DNA of 61,618 bases, the filler included. It is 5 parts of 5 records of this genome, joined end to end, with 100 filler letters (N's around TTAATTAATTAA, not from the genome) between each part and the next. Parts side by side here need not be neighbours in the genome. Positions count along the whole stretch, not along the records: positions 13,118 to 37,621 come from SRR20825010_4440; positions 37,722 to 55,308 come from SRR20825010_4441; 3 more parts are not named here. One strand, 5' to 3'. The notes beneath the pieces are model-generated. The model was given only the letters and a program-made list of their open reading frames with translations. It did not search any database and was not told the DNA's origin. A program made the translations under genes and the position numbers. Positions 31,901 to 41,645 of the stretch are shown here, piece after piece (positions within the stretch are counted from its first letter, which is position 1; the number at the start of each line of letters is the position of its first letter).

Positions 31901-32715
31901 AGATCAAAACCTTCCGCCCGAATGTTCCGCCAGGCGTACTCCTCTGCGAGTCCATCAAACAACCGGCCGGAGTTAATATCTGCATAAACCTGCCCCGTGA
32001 AGTCACCACGGAAGAAGTGCCGACCAACCAGCTCGAAGCTGGCCAGTTGTTCGGTCGTTCCCGGCCGCATGGCACGGCCTGATGCATGAAACAGCCCGCG
32101 CCGGTAGATCAGGTCCAACTGGGGCACCTCTACATGCCGCAGGGTGCCATTGGCGTCGCGAATACCAAGGTCCAGGCGTGTAATCTTGACGGAAGGGTCG
32201 GACAGCCATTCGCCGGCAATATCCAGCCAGAGTTCCAGGTCGCTTGCCACGGGATCGGGAATATCGACACCTTCGACGGTCACCGCCCCCCTCGGAGTCT
32301 GGTTGATCGTCAGTTCCAGCCCATCGGCGTCAAAATCAGCGAACACAATACGCAGGCGCATGAGCGAGGCGAGAAAATCGAGGCCAATGCGGACGCTCTT
32401 CAGTGACCCGGCAACGTCACTACGGTCGTTTTCGGAGACGACCACGATATCGCGGGCGACAATGGTTGGATCCAGCCAGTTCCAGCTAGAGGAGAGCGAA
32501 CCAATACTGACCGGCTGGCCCAGCTCAGACGACAACCGTTGTTCAATCGAAGAGCGATATTCGTTGATGTTCTGAGTAACCTGGCGCCCTATTCCGGCAT
32601 AAAGTGCAAGCAGGACGACGACCGCCAGCAACAACCACCAGATCAGACTGGCGGCGCCCGAGACGATTCGAAGTAACAGATGTTTCAGAGTTTGATCAGC
32701 CACACTGGATGCCAT
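28984..32715 (-). CDS. yhdP: AsmA-like phospholipid transport protein YhdP
   Basis: 1243 aa; N-terminal TM; C-terminal RRLKLDFSDL; lies downstream of rng. Confidence 0.88.
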   Translation of the reverse strand: MASSVADQTLKHLLLRIVSGAASLIWWLLLAVVVLLALYAGIGRQVTQNINEYRSSIEQRLSSELGQPVSIGSLSSSWNWLDPTIVARDIVVVSENDRSDVAGSLKSVRIGLDFLASLMRLRIVFADFDADGLELTINQTPRGAVTVEGVDIPDPVASDLELWLDIAGEWLSDPSVKITRLDLGIRDANGTLRHVEVPQLDLIYRRGLFHASGRAMRPGTTEQLASFELVGRHFFRGDFTGQVYADINSGRLFDGLAEEYAWRNIRAEGFDLGGQVWMTFRDGHIEQVSGNLETPYLQLGVGLQSLAPLENIRAKFGWRRHDTLGEREPEAAAKPWYATGEFHVKELEWEWNGNTVSPFSLRFSHRDGGRRLIADALPLQPLRRLVAGMNLLPGRVERALENYRPTGRLDRVMLNLPTDDSGGFELTAALNNIGVRAHDGAPGVSGLDGSLFIDREGGFVRVNSEGLSLGFPELFRGFWSLRDVRAGVAWRFEGGVTRVYADDIRMVYGANTRLTGAFDLRMDQGGEDNLGLRVGVRDGTADMLADFVPMKVVDPDLYQWLTTSITKADISSGEFYGHGQIDRDAPENSFSSSMVYRFEEASIRYDERWPEVADASGEVFIQDGRTRVDIRAGRTGGLELEPGEVRVVPEGEDIQVYVDASAPVPGSALAFWMDNSPLGELAGEAGRSIVLDGDFHLDLGLGLPLISDAPPTINASVRADSGTLTYPEADLQWTQVNGELGFNSDEGFSENPLQARFMGAPVTVLMRRSENGQSLNIRQYGRLDVRQLLDRTELPEGMDMGLSGDIGYQATLDVSTDTASAVTLYSDLAGLSVDWPEPLAKDIDDEAPLRVTVTPRQESGVDMSVDWQDRANLDMTWESGMVDVALNELFLGDRQLTDITVSARQSDSEWLITTDSEWASGHVLWPQDDRPVSVDFERLMLSRGNSESGDEQEPEQQAQTFRDLGLGNWPDVDVRIAALNMDGENAGSWSFQLRPEATQLLVQDIVGTLKSLTLTGELSWSIAAGREITRFTGDINGKSLADLDTLVGAEIPFRSKNTAVKLDIDWPGRPDQFDVSGLSGSVSVRFDDGVILEGNNTAQLFRVFNLLNADTLWRRLKLDFSDLYEAGVAFDAISGKASMINGLLTLDPELQVVGPSGAFKLTGTSNMIEETLDMRMVVVLPLTQNLPLAALLMGAGAPIGGALFVLDKVLGDPLSKLTSATYSVSGSWDEPDVRLRRVFDTGN

Positions 32716-32758
32716 CAGGGGTAATCGCCACGCCTAACCAATGCCTGCCGGGCCGGCG

Positions 32759-34240
32759 TTACAGCAGTACCACATCATACTGCTCCTGACTGTAGAATGG
32801 CTCAACTTGAAAACGGATGGTTTTGCTGATAAACGTCTCAAGGTCTGCCACGTTGTCGGACTCTTCATCCAACAGCCGATCCACCACGCTCTGGGACGCC
32901 ATCACCAGATAGCTTTCCGCGTCATAGGCGCGATTGACCCTGAGAATTTCACGGAATACTTCATAACAGACCGTTTCGCTGGTCTTGAGAAAGCCGCGTC
33001 CATCACAGATGGGGCAAGGCTCACATAAAATCTGACCAAGGCTTTCGGTGGTGCGCTTACGGGTCATTTCCACCAATCCGAGCTCGGAAACCCCGGTAAT
33101 CTTGGTTTTAGCGTGATCCCGCTCCAGCATTTTCTCCAGCATTCGGTGGACCTGGCGCTGGTGCTCGGAATCCTCCATATCGATGAAATCGATGATGATA
33201 ATACCACCGAGATTCCTTAACCTGAGCTGGCGACTAATGGCACGGGCCGCCTCGAGGTTGGTCTTGAAAATGGTTTCTTCCAGGTTGCGATGCCCCACAA
33301 ACGCGCCGGTGTTGATATCGATCGTGGTCATCGCTTCGGTCTGGTCGATGATCACGTAGCCACCGGATTTGAGCTGGACCTTGCGACTGAGGGCTTTCTG
33401 AATTTCATCCTCAACAGAATACAGGTCAAAAATGGGACGTTCGCCCGGGTAATACTCAACCTTGTCGGAAAACTCGGTCACAAACTCCTCAACGAACTCC
33501 ATCACCCGCTGGTGGCTTTCCCGACTATCGATGCGCACCTTCTCAGTCTGTGGACGAATCAGGTCGCGAATGGTGCGGATAAACAGGGGAAGATCCTGAT
33601 ACACCACCGAAGGCGCCTGACTTCGGGTAATGCGCTCCTCAATGGCCTGGTTCAGACGGTGCAGGTAGGTCATATCGCCGATCAGGTCATCTTCCGAGGC
33701 AGCCTCTGCAGCGGTGCGAATAATGTAGCCGCCAGAGATGTCCGGTTCTGCGGCAGCACCCTCTTCAACCAGCGACTTCAACCGTGAACGTTCGGTCTCA
33801 TCTTCAATTCGCTGGGAAATACCAACATGACGGACGCCAGGCATGAATACCAGATAGCGCGAGGGGATGGATAGCTGGGTGGTCAGCCGTGCACCCTTGG
33901 TTCCAATGGGGTCCTTGGTGACCTGAACCACGAGGGACTGCCCTTCACGGAGCAGGGTGCGGATATCCGGAACCGTTTTCGGCGTTTCGGGGGCTTCGCT
34001 GGCCGGCTGCTGACTGGTGACGACATCAGAGGCATGAATAAACGCCGCACGTTCCAGGCCGATGTCTACAAATGCCGCCTCCATGCCGGGCAATACACGA
34101 ACCACCTTGCCCTTGTAAATGTTGCCCACGATGCCCTTGCGGCTGGTGCGCTCAATGTAGGCCTCCTGGAGCATACCGTTCTCCACGAGCGCCACCCGGG
34201 TTTCCACCGGGGTCACATTGATCAGTATTTCTTCACTCAT
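32759..34240 (-). CDS. rng: Ribonuclease G
   Basis: ETRVA, GNIYKG, KDPIGTKGARLT, IDINTG, IIIDFIDM; ATG 34240. Confidence 0.96.
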   Translation of the reverse strand: MSEEILINVTPVETRVALVENGMLQEAYIERTSRKGIVGNIYKGKVVRVLPGMEAAFVDIGLERAAFIHASDVVTSQQPASEAPETPKTVPDIRTLLREGQSLVVQVTKDPIGTKGARLTTQLSIPSRYLVFMPGVRHVGISQRIEDETERSRLKSLVEEGAAAEPDISGGYIIRTAAEAASEDDLIGDMTYLHRLNQAIEERITRSQAPSVVYQDLPLFIRTIRDLIRPQTEKVRIDSRESHQRVMEFVEEFVTEFSDKVEYYPGERPIFDLYSVEDEIQKALSRKVQLKSGGYVIIDQTEAMTTIDINTGAFVGHRNLEETIFKTNLEAARAISRQLRLRNLGGIIIIDFIDMEDSEHQRQVHRMLEKMLERDHAKTKITGVSELGLVEMTRKRTTESLGQILCEPCPICDGRGFLKTSETVCYEVFREILRVNRAYDAESYLVMASQSVVDRLLDEESDNVADLETFISKTIRFQVEPFYSQEQYDVVLL

Positions 34241-34838
34241 TGCGGCTCTCCTGCCTGCTGTTCCAGGTTTCCCATACCGGGTATCCGGCACCGGCCAGTA
34301 ATGCTGCGGTTTCCTGCAGGGGCAGTCCCACTACGGCGCTGTAACTGCCTCGGAGTTCCTCTACAAAAATACCACCCCGCCCCTGAATGCCATAGCCGCC
34401 CGCTTTATCCATGGGCTCACCAGTTGCCACATAGGCATCGATTTCCGCCGCCAGCAGCTCGCGGAAACGAACATTCGCTATCACCAGGCAGGACTCACAA
34501 ATACCCTTGTGAACCACAGCAACACCGGTCATGACCTGATGGGTGGTTCCCGAGAGCGCCTGTAACATAACGGTCGCATCGCCGGTGCTGTCTGGTTTGC
34601 CCAGAATCCGGCCCTCCAGTACAACCGAGGTGTCCGAACCAATCACCAGGCAGCCAGGCTTGGAAGCACTTCCCGCCAGAGCCTTTTCCCGGGCAAGGCG
34701 TTCGACATAGTGTTCGGCTGACTCGTTGCTCGCGGGAGTTTCGTCAATATCCGCCGGCTGAACCAGGAACGACAGACCGATCTGCCTTAACAGTTCGGCT
34801 CTTCGAGGAGACGCTGAGGCAAGAACAATAGACTGCAT
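34233..34838 (-). CDS. maf: Maf/YhdE nucleotide pyrophosphatase
   Basis: LASASPRR, GSDT, GKP, DKAGGYGIQG, VVGLP. Confidence 0.93.
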   Translation of the reverse strand: MQSIVLASASPRRAELLRQIGLSFLVQPADIDETPASNESAEHYVERLAREKALAGSASKPGCLVIGSDTSVVLEGRILGKPDSTGDATVMLQALSGTTHQVMTGVAVVHKGICESCLVIANVRFRELLAAEIDAYVATGEPMDKAGGYGIQGRGGIFVEELRGSYSAVVGLPLQETAALLAGAGYPVWETWNSRQESRNE

Positions 34839-34852
34839 AGCGCCCTCCAATC

Positions 34853-35329
34853 CTAGCCAAGCTTGCGATTCAGGTTATCCAGCAAAACACACAACACCGG
34901 CCAGACCAGAGCACTGGTCAGCGCCGGCCACAAGTAGCTGAAACCGGAGCTGTCAGCTCCCAGTGTCTGCTTGATAAAATGCACCAGCATCTGGTTGATA
35001 CCCAACAAAAGGAACACCATCAGGCACTGCTGCGGCAAAGGGTACATACGCAGCCGCTGGTGAATGGTCAGCACCAGGAACGCAATAACACCCATGGCCA
35101 GGGCATTCACGCCCAGCGGGGTGGCTTCCAGTACGTCCAGCAGCAGACCCAGGCACCAGGCCAACAGGATACCGAACTGGGCCGGTGCCCGGAATGTCCA
35201 GTAGAACACAATCAGGCCCAGCCATTCCGGCCGGAACTCAAACCAGCCCAGCGGAAACAGCGAACTGCTGAGCACCAGGGCAAACAAAACGCTCAGGGCA
35301 AAAACGGGATAACTGATCACCGACAGCAT
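34853..35329 (-). CDS. mreD: Rod shape-determining protein MreD
   Basis: RPEW..L..FYW, GLLLDVL, multi-TM; lies downstream of mreC. Confidence 0.93.
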   Translation of the reverse strand: MLSVISYPVFALSVLFALVLSSSLFPLGWFEFRPEWLGLIVFYWTFRAPAQFGILLAWCLGLLLDVLEATPLGVNALAMGVIAFLVLTIHQRLRMYPLPQQCLMVFLLLGINQMLVHFIKQTLGADSSGFSYLWPALTSALVWPVLCVLLDNLNRKLG

Positions 35330-36228
35330 TAGCGCACCCCATCCTGTTCTGGTGATCCAGCATCGGAGCCTTCGGGCGAGCTTTCAGCGTCATTCGTGGC
35401 GTCGTCCTGTTCCGGTGAAAACACAACCAACACCAGGCGACTTCGGTTCAGTTCCGCCATTGGCGTAGCACGAATTTTCACAAACGGTTCACCCGGCTCC
35501 TTGGAAATCTGGTCCACTTCCGCTACCGGGTAGCCCTTGGGAAAACGCCCCCCCAACCCGGAGCTGACCAACAGATCCCCTTCGCGAATATCGGCGGTAT
35601 CCGGCACATGCACCAATTCAAGCGTGCTGGTGTCCCCATTTCCAAGCAGGATAGCTCGCAAGCCGTTGCGAACCACTTCCACAGGCACCGCGTGGCTGCT
35701 GTCCGATACCAATAGAACCCGTGAGGTAAAACTGCTGGTTTGTTGGACCTGCCCCATCAGGCCGTTGGCATCCAGGATAGCCTGACCGACCACAACACCG
35801 TCGCGACTGCCTTTGTTGATCACCACTTCGTGAGAGAACGGGTCCGGTGAAACACCGACTATTTCGCCAACTATGACCCGGTCATCAAGGACTTCTGAGG
35901 AGTTCATCAGCTTGCGCAGTTCGTTGTTTTCTGAGGCCAGGGCGGCATATTTGAGCGCCCGGCGCTCCAGTATCAGCAAGCGAGCACGCAGCGCTTCGTT
36001 TTCTTCCTGGAGGTCTTCACGGGTGGTAAACAGGCTGGCGACCCAGTCGCTGAATTCGGAGGGTGCATTGCCAAGCCAGTGAACCGGGGCAAGGCCGGTA
36101 CCGATCGCGCTGCGAACCGGCGTTACCTGATCGAAGCGGGCATCCGCAACAATCAGTATCGCAGAGAGCACAATAACCAGTAGCAGCCTGAAACCGGGAA
36201 CGGGGCCTTGGACAAAGATGGTTTTAAT
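35329..36228 (-). CDS. mreC: Rod shape-determining protein MreC, probably ATT-initiated
   Basis: Coiled coil ENNELRKL, INKGSRDG, SSGLGGRFPKGYPVA; frame extends to ATT 36228 with GGAGG 7 nt upstream. Confidence 0.9.
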   Translation of the reverse strand: MKTIFVQGPVPGFRLLLVIVLSAILIVADARFDQVTPVRSAIGTGLAPVHWLGNAPSEFSDWVASLFTTREDLQEENEALRARLLILERRALKYAALASENNELRKLMNSSEVLDDRVIVGEIVGVSPDPFSHEVVINKGSRDGVVVGQAILDANGLMGQVQQTSSFTSRVLLVSDSSHAVPVEVVRNGLRAILLGNGDTSTLELVHVPDTADIREGDLLVSSGLGGRFPKGYPVAEVDQISKEPGEPFVKIRATPMAELNRSRLVLVVFSPEQDDATNDAESSPEGSDAGSPEQDGVR

Positions 36229-36339
36229 AGCTCACCCTCCCGCACTCCATGCAGGTGTCCATACGACAACCGCCGCCGTGATCATTCACGAGCGGCGGCC
36301 GGGTAAAGGCAATGTCGGGGCGTAAAGCCGGAGTCAAGG

Positions 36340-37621
<1,282 letters not shown>

Positions 37622-37721
37622 NNNNNNNNNNNNNNNNNNNNNNNNNNNNNNNNNNNNNNNNNNNNTTAATTAATTAANNNNNNNNNNNNNNNNNNNNNNN
37701 NNNNNNNNNNNNNNNNNNNNN
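37622..37721. other. Artificial contig linker
   Basis: 44 N + TTAATTAATTAA + 44 N. Confidence 0.97.
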
Positions 37722-38137
37722 GGCTTTTTACAACATTGTCTGGCGTGTGCTTGAACCGCTTCGCGGTAGTTGAGGCTTGTTTCTTCGCCCCCGCTGGGGT
37801 CGAGATTTCGAGGGTGCTCGGGTACCGGGGGTGCGCGACGCGACCTCCGGCTACCTTCTATCACCGCTTCGCGGTCATGCCGCTGCACCGATCCCGAAGG
37901 GATCGCAGACGGTAGCCGTGGGTCGCATAGCGCACCCACGGACAACACGTCCCAAAACGGATTTTGACCCCGGAGGGGTCGTGGATGGTAGCCGTGGGTC
38001 GCGAAGCGTACCCACGGATAACGTGAACTAACGCGGCTCTCGACCCCGACGGGGTCGAAGATTCGGTTCGCTTTCTTCCACGGCATCACGGTCGATCGAA
38101 CATTGGCCCCTCGATGGGCGAGAAGATTTTCATTCAT
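37722..38137 (-). CDS. Partial ORF after tadB, mostly REP-derived (possible N-terminus of the next tad gene)
   Basis: ATG 3 nt after the tadB stop; open to the contig end through the whole repeat cluster. Confidence 0.4.
37782..38061. repeat. Composite GTAG-REP element (three REP units plus short hairpins, inverted ends)
   Basis: GTAGCC(G/T)..GGTCGCnnnGCGYACCCnCGG-type units at 37825-37854 (-), 37912-37941 (+), 37988-38017 (+); GACCCC-nnn-GGGGTC hairpins; TCTTCG...CGAAGA ends. Confidence 0.85.
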
Positions 38138-38140
38138 CGC

Positions 38141-39034
38141 TCACGCCTTTGGCCGACTGATCGCGTTCATCCAAACAATTCCGACGGCCTGCAGCACGAT
38201 CGTCGCTGCGATGGCGGCCGATCCAAGTGAACTACTGGCGAACTCCTTCATCACCTCCGGCCGATCCAGCCACAACACCAAGGCAACAAAGTAGATCAGC
38301 AACAAAACCGCGATCGTCGAAAATTGGCTTTGTGCGATGTTGCTGCGAATTCGACGAGCCACCTCCTGCCGGTCTCGAGCGACCCGTGCGACGGAAGCCA
38401 GCACCGGAGCGAGCGAACCACCTGTCTCCCAGTGAACGCTCATCGTCGTGGAAAACAATTCCATCGCATCGATTGGCATTCGGCGGGCCAGTTCACGGAA
38501 AACGCTGCTTCCTGAATCGCCCAATTGGATGCGGCGCACGCACCAATGAATTTGATCTCGCAAAGGCGATGCCGTCACCTCCGATGCAGCCGCCAACGCC
38601 GCCGACGCTCCAGCCCCACTGCGCAACATCGGGATCATCATGTCCAGCAGATCAATCAACTGCCGCTCAATTCGACTGAGTCGCCAAGCGTACCAACCCG
38701 ATTCGAGCTGAGCCAACAACAACGCGATGACGACTCCGATCGCCGCCACGATCGACAACGGAATGGAGGTCAACAGGCCAAGCGTCAACGAAACCAACGC
38801 GCCAATGACGAAGGGGACAAAACGAAGCGGACGCGAGAGTGGTTGAATGATTTGTCGACGGTCCGCGCGTGACGAGCTCGCATCGATCGGCAATGGATCG
38901 CTTGTTTGCGAAAGCAAAGCGATGCTGTCACCGAGCCGATTGCCTGCCGTCGCACCAGCCAACGAACGACGCAGAGTCAGCGTCGCACCGGCGAGCACGA
39001 ACAAGGTAACAGCCAGAATGAGGAGGACCGTCAT
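38141..39034 (-). CDS. tadB: Tad inner-membrane platform protein TadB (T2SSF family)
   Basis: LIDLLDMMIPMLRSG, HWETGGSLAPVL, TM pattern; follows cpaF. Confidence 0.85.
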   Translation of the reverse strand: MTVLLILAVTLFVLAGATLTLRRSLAGATAGNRLGDSIALLSQTSDPLPIDASSSRADRRQIIQPLSRPLRFVPFVIGALVSLTLGLLTSIPLSIVAAIGVVIALLLAQLESGWYAWRLSRIERQLIDLLDMMIPMLRSGAGASAALAAASEVTASPLRDQIHWCVRRIQLGDSGSSVFRELARRMPIDAMELFSTTMSVHWETGGSLAPVLASVARVARDRQEVARRIRSNIAQSQFSTIAVLLLIYFVALVLWLDRPEVMKEFASSSLGSAAIAATIVLQAVGIVWMNAISRPKA

Positions 39035-40440
39035 GACTGCGAACCACCCCCGGTCTCAAACCAAGTCGTCGGCACCTCGATCGCGCGAGCGTGCAACTTT
39101 TCGACCAAGCGAGGCACCGTGCCCGTCGCAACATGAGTTCCTTGCAAACGTTTGCCTTTCCGGCCCGAGACATTGAACCGAAAGATCTGTTGCAACTGCG
39201 GCGTGTTGCCTTCCAACCCAACCAATTCATCCACCGATTCGACACGTCGCACCCCGTCCTCGTAGCGACGAACGTGAAAGATCAGGTCAATCGCAGAAAC
39301 AATCTGCTCCCGAATCGCGGTCGGCGGCAACTCCATGCCACTCATCAACACCATCGTCGACAAACGTGAGATCGCATCGCGTGGGCTGTTCGCGTGGACC
39401 GTCGTCAACGAACCATCGTGCCCTGTGTTCATCGCTTGCAGCATGTCCAGCGTCTCGCCGGCGCGAACTTCGCCGACGATGATGCGATCGGGTCGCATTC
39501 GCAACGCGTTGACGACCAAGTCACGGGCCGCGATCGCGCCTCGCCCTTCGACGTTCGCCGGTCGCGTTTCCATGCGGACAACATGCAATTGATCCAAAAC
39601 CAATTCCGCCGCGTCTTCGATCGTCACCACGCGTTCGTCGTCTGGAATGCTCTCGCAGATCGCACCCAAGAAGGTACTCTTGCCGCTGCCCGTTCCTCCA
39701 CTGATCAGGATGTTCAGTCGGGATCGCACTGCGACGGAAAAGAATTCCGCCATCGTTGGATTGAACATCCCCAGTCGCTGCAATTCTTCCGCTCGCAGCC
39801 GACGCCGGCCAAAGCGACGAATCGAAAGCGTTGGTCCATCCAAGGTCACCGGAGGCAGTGTTGCGTTGACGCGGCTGCCATCGGGAAGCCGTGCATCCAC
39901 CATCGGCTGCGACTCATCGATACGACGTCCCACGCGAGTCGCGATTCGCTGAATAATTCGCGTCAGGTGATCGTCATCGCGAAACTCAACTTCGGTCAAT
40001 TCGAGTTTGCCGTAACGTTCCACAAAAACATGATGCGGACCGTTGACCAAAATGTCGGTGACCGATGGATCGGCCATCAGCGGTGCCAGCGGCCCCAGTC
40101 CGAGCGTTTCCTCCAACAAGTCGTCCGCCAGACGTGAACGTTCCGAATCGTTCAGCGGCAACTGCTCGGTCTCGGCAATCTCGGCTACGAACGCATCGAC
40201 TTCCTCTTTGAGCTGTTCGTTGTTAGCGGTCAGTAAACCGCGTCGGTCGAGATCATCGAGCAACTGACCGTGCAATCGTCCCTTGACCGTCACCGCCCGT
40301 CCACGACGCGCCGGGTCGCTGGCTTGCTTCGCCGTGTCTTCGGTGAGTCGTTCTGGTTGCGGTTTGCTGGTCGTCAACCGAGTCGGGCGGCCAACCTTGC
40401 CCAGTCGCGATCGTAGATTGGATTCATCCATGGCAGTCAC
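39031..40440 (-). CDS. cpaF: Tad assembly ATPase CpaF/TadA
   Basis: GLGPL, GGTGSGKST, IEDAAEL, LRMRPDRIIVGEVR, MNTGHDGSLTTVHAN. Confidence 0.95.
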   Translation of the reverse strand: MTAMDESNLRSRLGKVGRPTRLTTSKPQPERLTEDTAKQASDPARRGRAVTVKGRLHGQLLDDLDRRGLLTANNEQLKEEVDAFVAEIAETEQLPLNDSERSRLADDLLEETLGLGPLAPLMADPSVTDILVNGPHHVFVERYGKLELTEVEFRDDDHLTRIIQRIATRVGRRIDESQPMVDARLPDGSRVNATLPPVTLDGPTLSIRRFGRRRLRAEELQRLGMFNPTMAEFFSVAVRSRLNILISGGTGSGKSTFLGAICESIPDDERVVTIEDAAELVLDQLHVVRMETRPANVEGRGAIAARDLVVNALRMRPDRIIVGEVRAGETLDMLQAMNTGHDGSLTTVHANSPRDAISRLSTMVLMSGMELPPTAIREQIVSAIDLIFHVRRYEDGVRRVESVDELVGLEGNTPQLQQIFRFNVSGRKGKRLQGTHVATGTVPRLVEKLHARAIEVPTTWFETGGGSQS

Positions 40441-41645
40441 CCCGCCGCTATCGGCGTGGTCTCCTCCTTGGATGATGTTGAGCCTGGCTGGACAACCGTT
40501 GGCGTGACGACGGATGTGTCCGTGCCGACACGACGCAGCAATTCATCCGCCAGCTTTCGCATCGCTCCGCCGACACCCCACCAACTACGCGTCGAGACGA
40601 CCGGTCGGCCCAGGTTCGCGGCTTCCAAAACACGGCGGTCATATTTGATTACCGCAGTGACTGGTTCCCCGAGTTGCTCCGCCACTTCGGCCGCCGACAA
40701 ACTGCCCGCACAATTTTGGAACCGATTCAGGATCAACGAGCGGCGATCTCGGCGAACGTCCAATTGGTCCAGCGTCTTCAGCATCGCCGCGGTGCCCGTC
40801 AGTGTGGGCACGACGTTCTCCGTCACCACCGCAACGTGCTCCGCCCGATCAAAAATCGCGAGCGTTGTGGCGTCCAACAAAGGGAACGAATCGACGATCA
40901 CCAAATCGAACGCCGACTTGGCCACTCCCAAAATGATTGACATGCAGGTGTCGTCCACTTCCGACGCGTCCGCCGGTGTCGGAGGTGCACTCAAGACGTG
41001 CAAGCCAGACTCATGCCGCGTGGTGACTTCGCGCAACATCGTCGCATCCAATCGATCTCGCATCGCGGCCACATCGGCGATCGTCATCTCCGGTGTCAGA
41101 TCCAACAGAGACGCCGCCACTCCCAATTGCAACGAAGCATCGACCAGCAGCACTCGTTGATTCGTCGACGCCGCCCAGTGAACGGCGGTGTTGATCGCGA
41201 TCGTTGATTTCCCAACGCCACCCTTGGTACTGGCGACCGCCAACAACCTTCCGCGACGTCCTGATTCGGGACGAGATCGAGCGACGCGTCGGATCACACC
41301 GGCAAGCTCTCCGGCACTGGCTGGACGTCGCAGAAAATCACGAAACCCGATCCGAACGGCTTCCACCAGCAGTCCATCGCTGGGGTCAGCATCGTCATCC
41401 AAAATCCCAATGATCGGACAAGTGATTTGATGCACTTCGATCGCGTGTTGCCAGACATCCAGCGACTCACGCGATCCCGATAGTTCGACGAGCAACAAGT
41501 CCGGTGCATCGTGCCGCATGTTGTGGATTGCGGACGAAAGATCGACGCAGAAATCGACTGCATGATCGCCTTCGAGAGCCGAGGTGGCGGCTTCCAATTC
41601 AATCTCAAGCGAGTCCGACTGAACGACAGCAAGGAACTTGGTCAT
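40437..41645 (-). CDS. cpaE: CpaE/TadZ (receiver-like domain plus MinD-type ATPase)
   Basis: KGGVGKST deviant Walker A; degenerate N-terminal receiver domain. Confidence 0.85.
   Translation of the reverse strand: MTKFLAVVQSDSLEIELEAATSALEGDHAVDFCVDLSSAIHNMRHDAPDLLLVELSGSRESLDVWQHAIEVHQITCPIIGILDDDADPSDGLLVEAVRIGFRDFLRRPASAGELAGVIRRVARSRPESGRRGRLLAVASTKGGVGKSTIAINTAVHWAASTNQRVLLVDASLQLGVAASLLDLTPEMTIADVAAMRDRLDATMLREVTTRHESGLHVLSAPPTPADASEVDDTCMSIILGVAKSAFDLVIVDSFPLLDATTLAIFDRAEHVAVVTENVVPTLTGTAAMLKTLDQLDVRRDRRSLILNRFQNCAGSLSAAEVAEQLGEPVTAVIKYDRRVLEAANLGRPVVSTRSWWGVGGAMRKLADELLRRVGTDTSVVTPTVVQPGSTSSKEETTPIAAG

Noticed and set aside
37825-38017. CRISPR array (about 30-nt repeats, 76-nt period)
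   Set aside because: Only three degenerate units in mixed orientation, GTAG-hairpin structure, conserved hairpins in the spacers, no cas genes; fits REP elements
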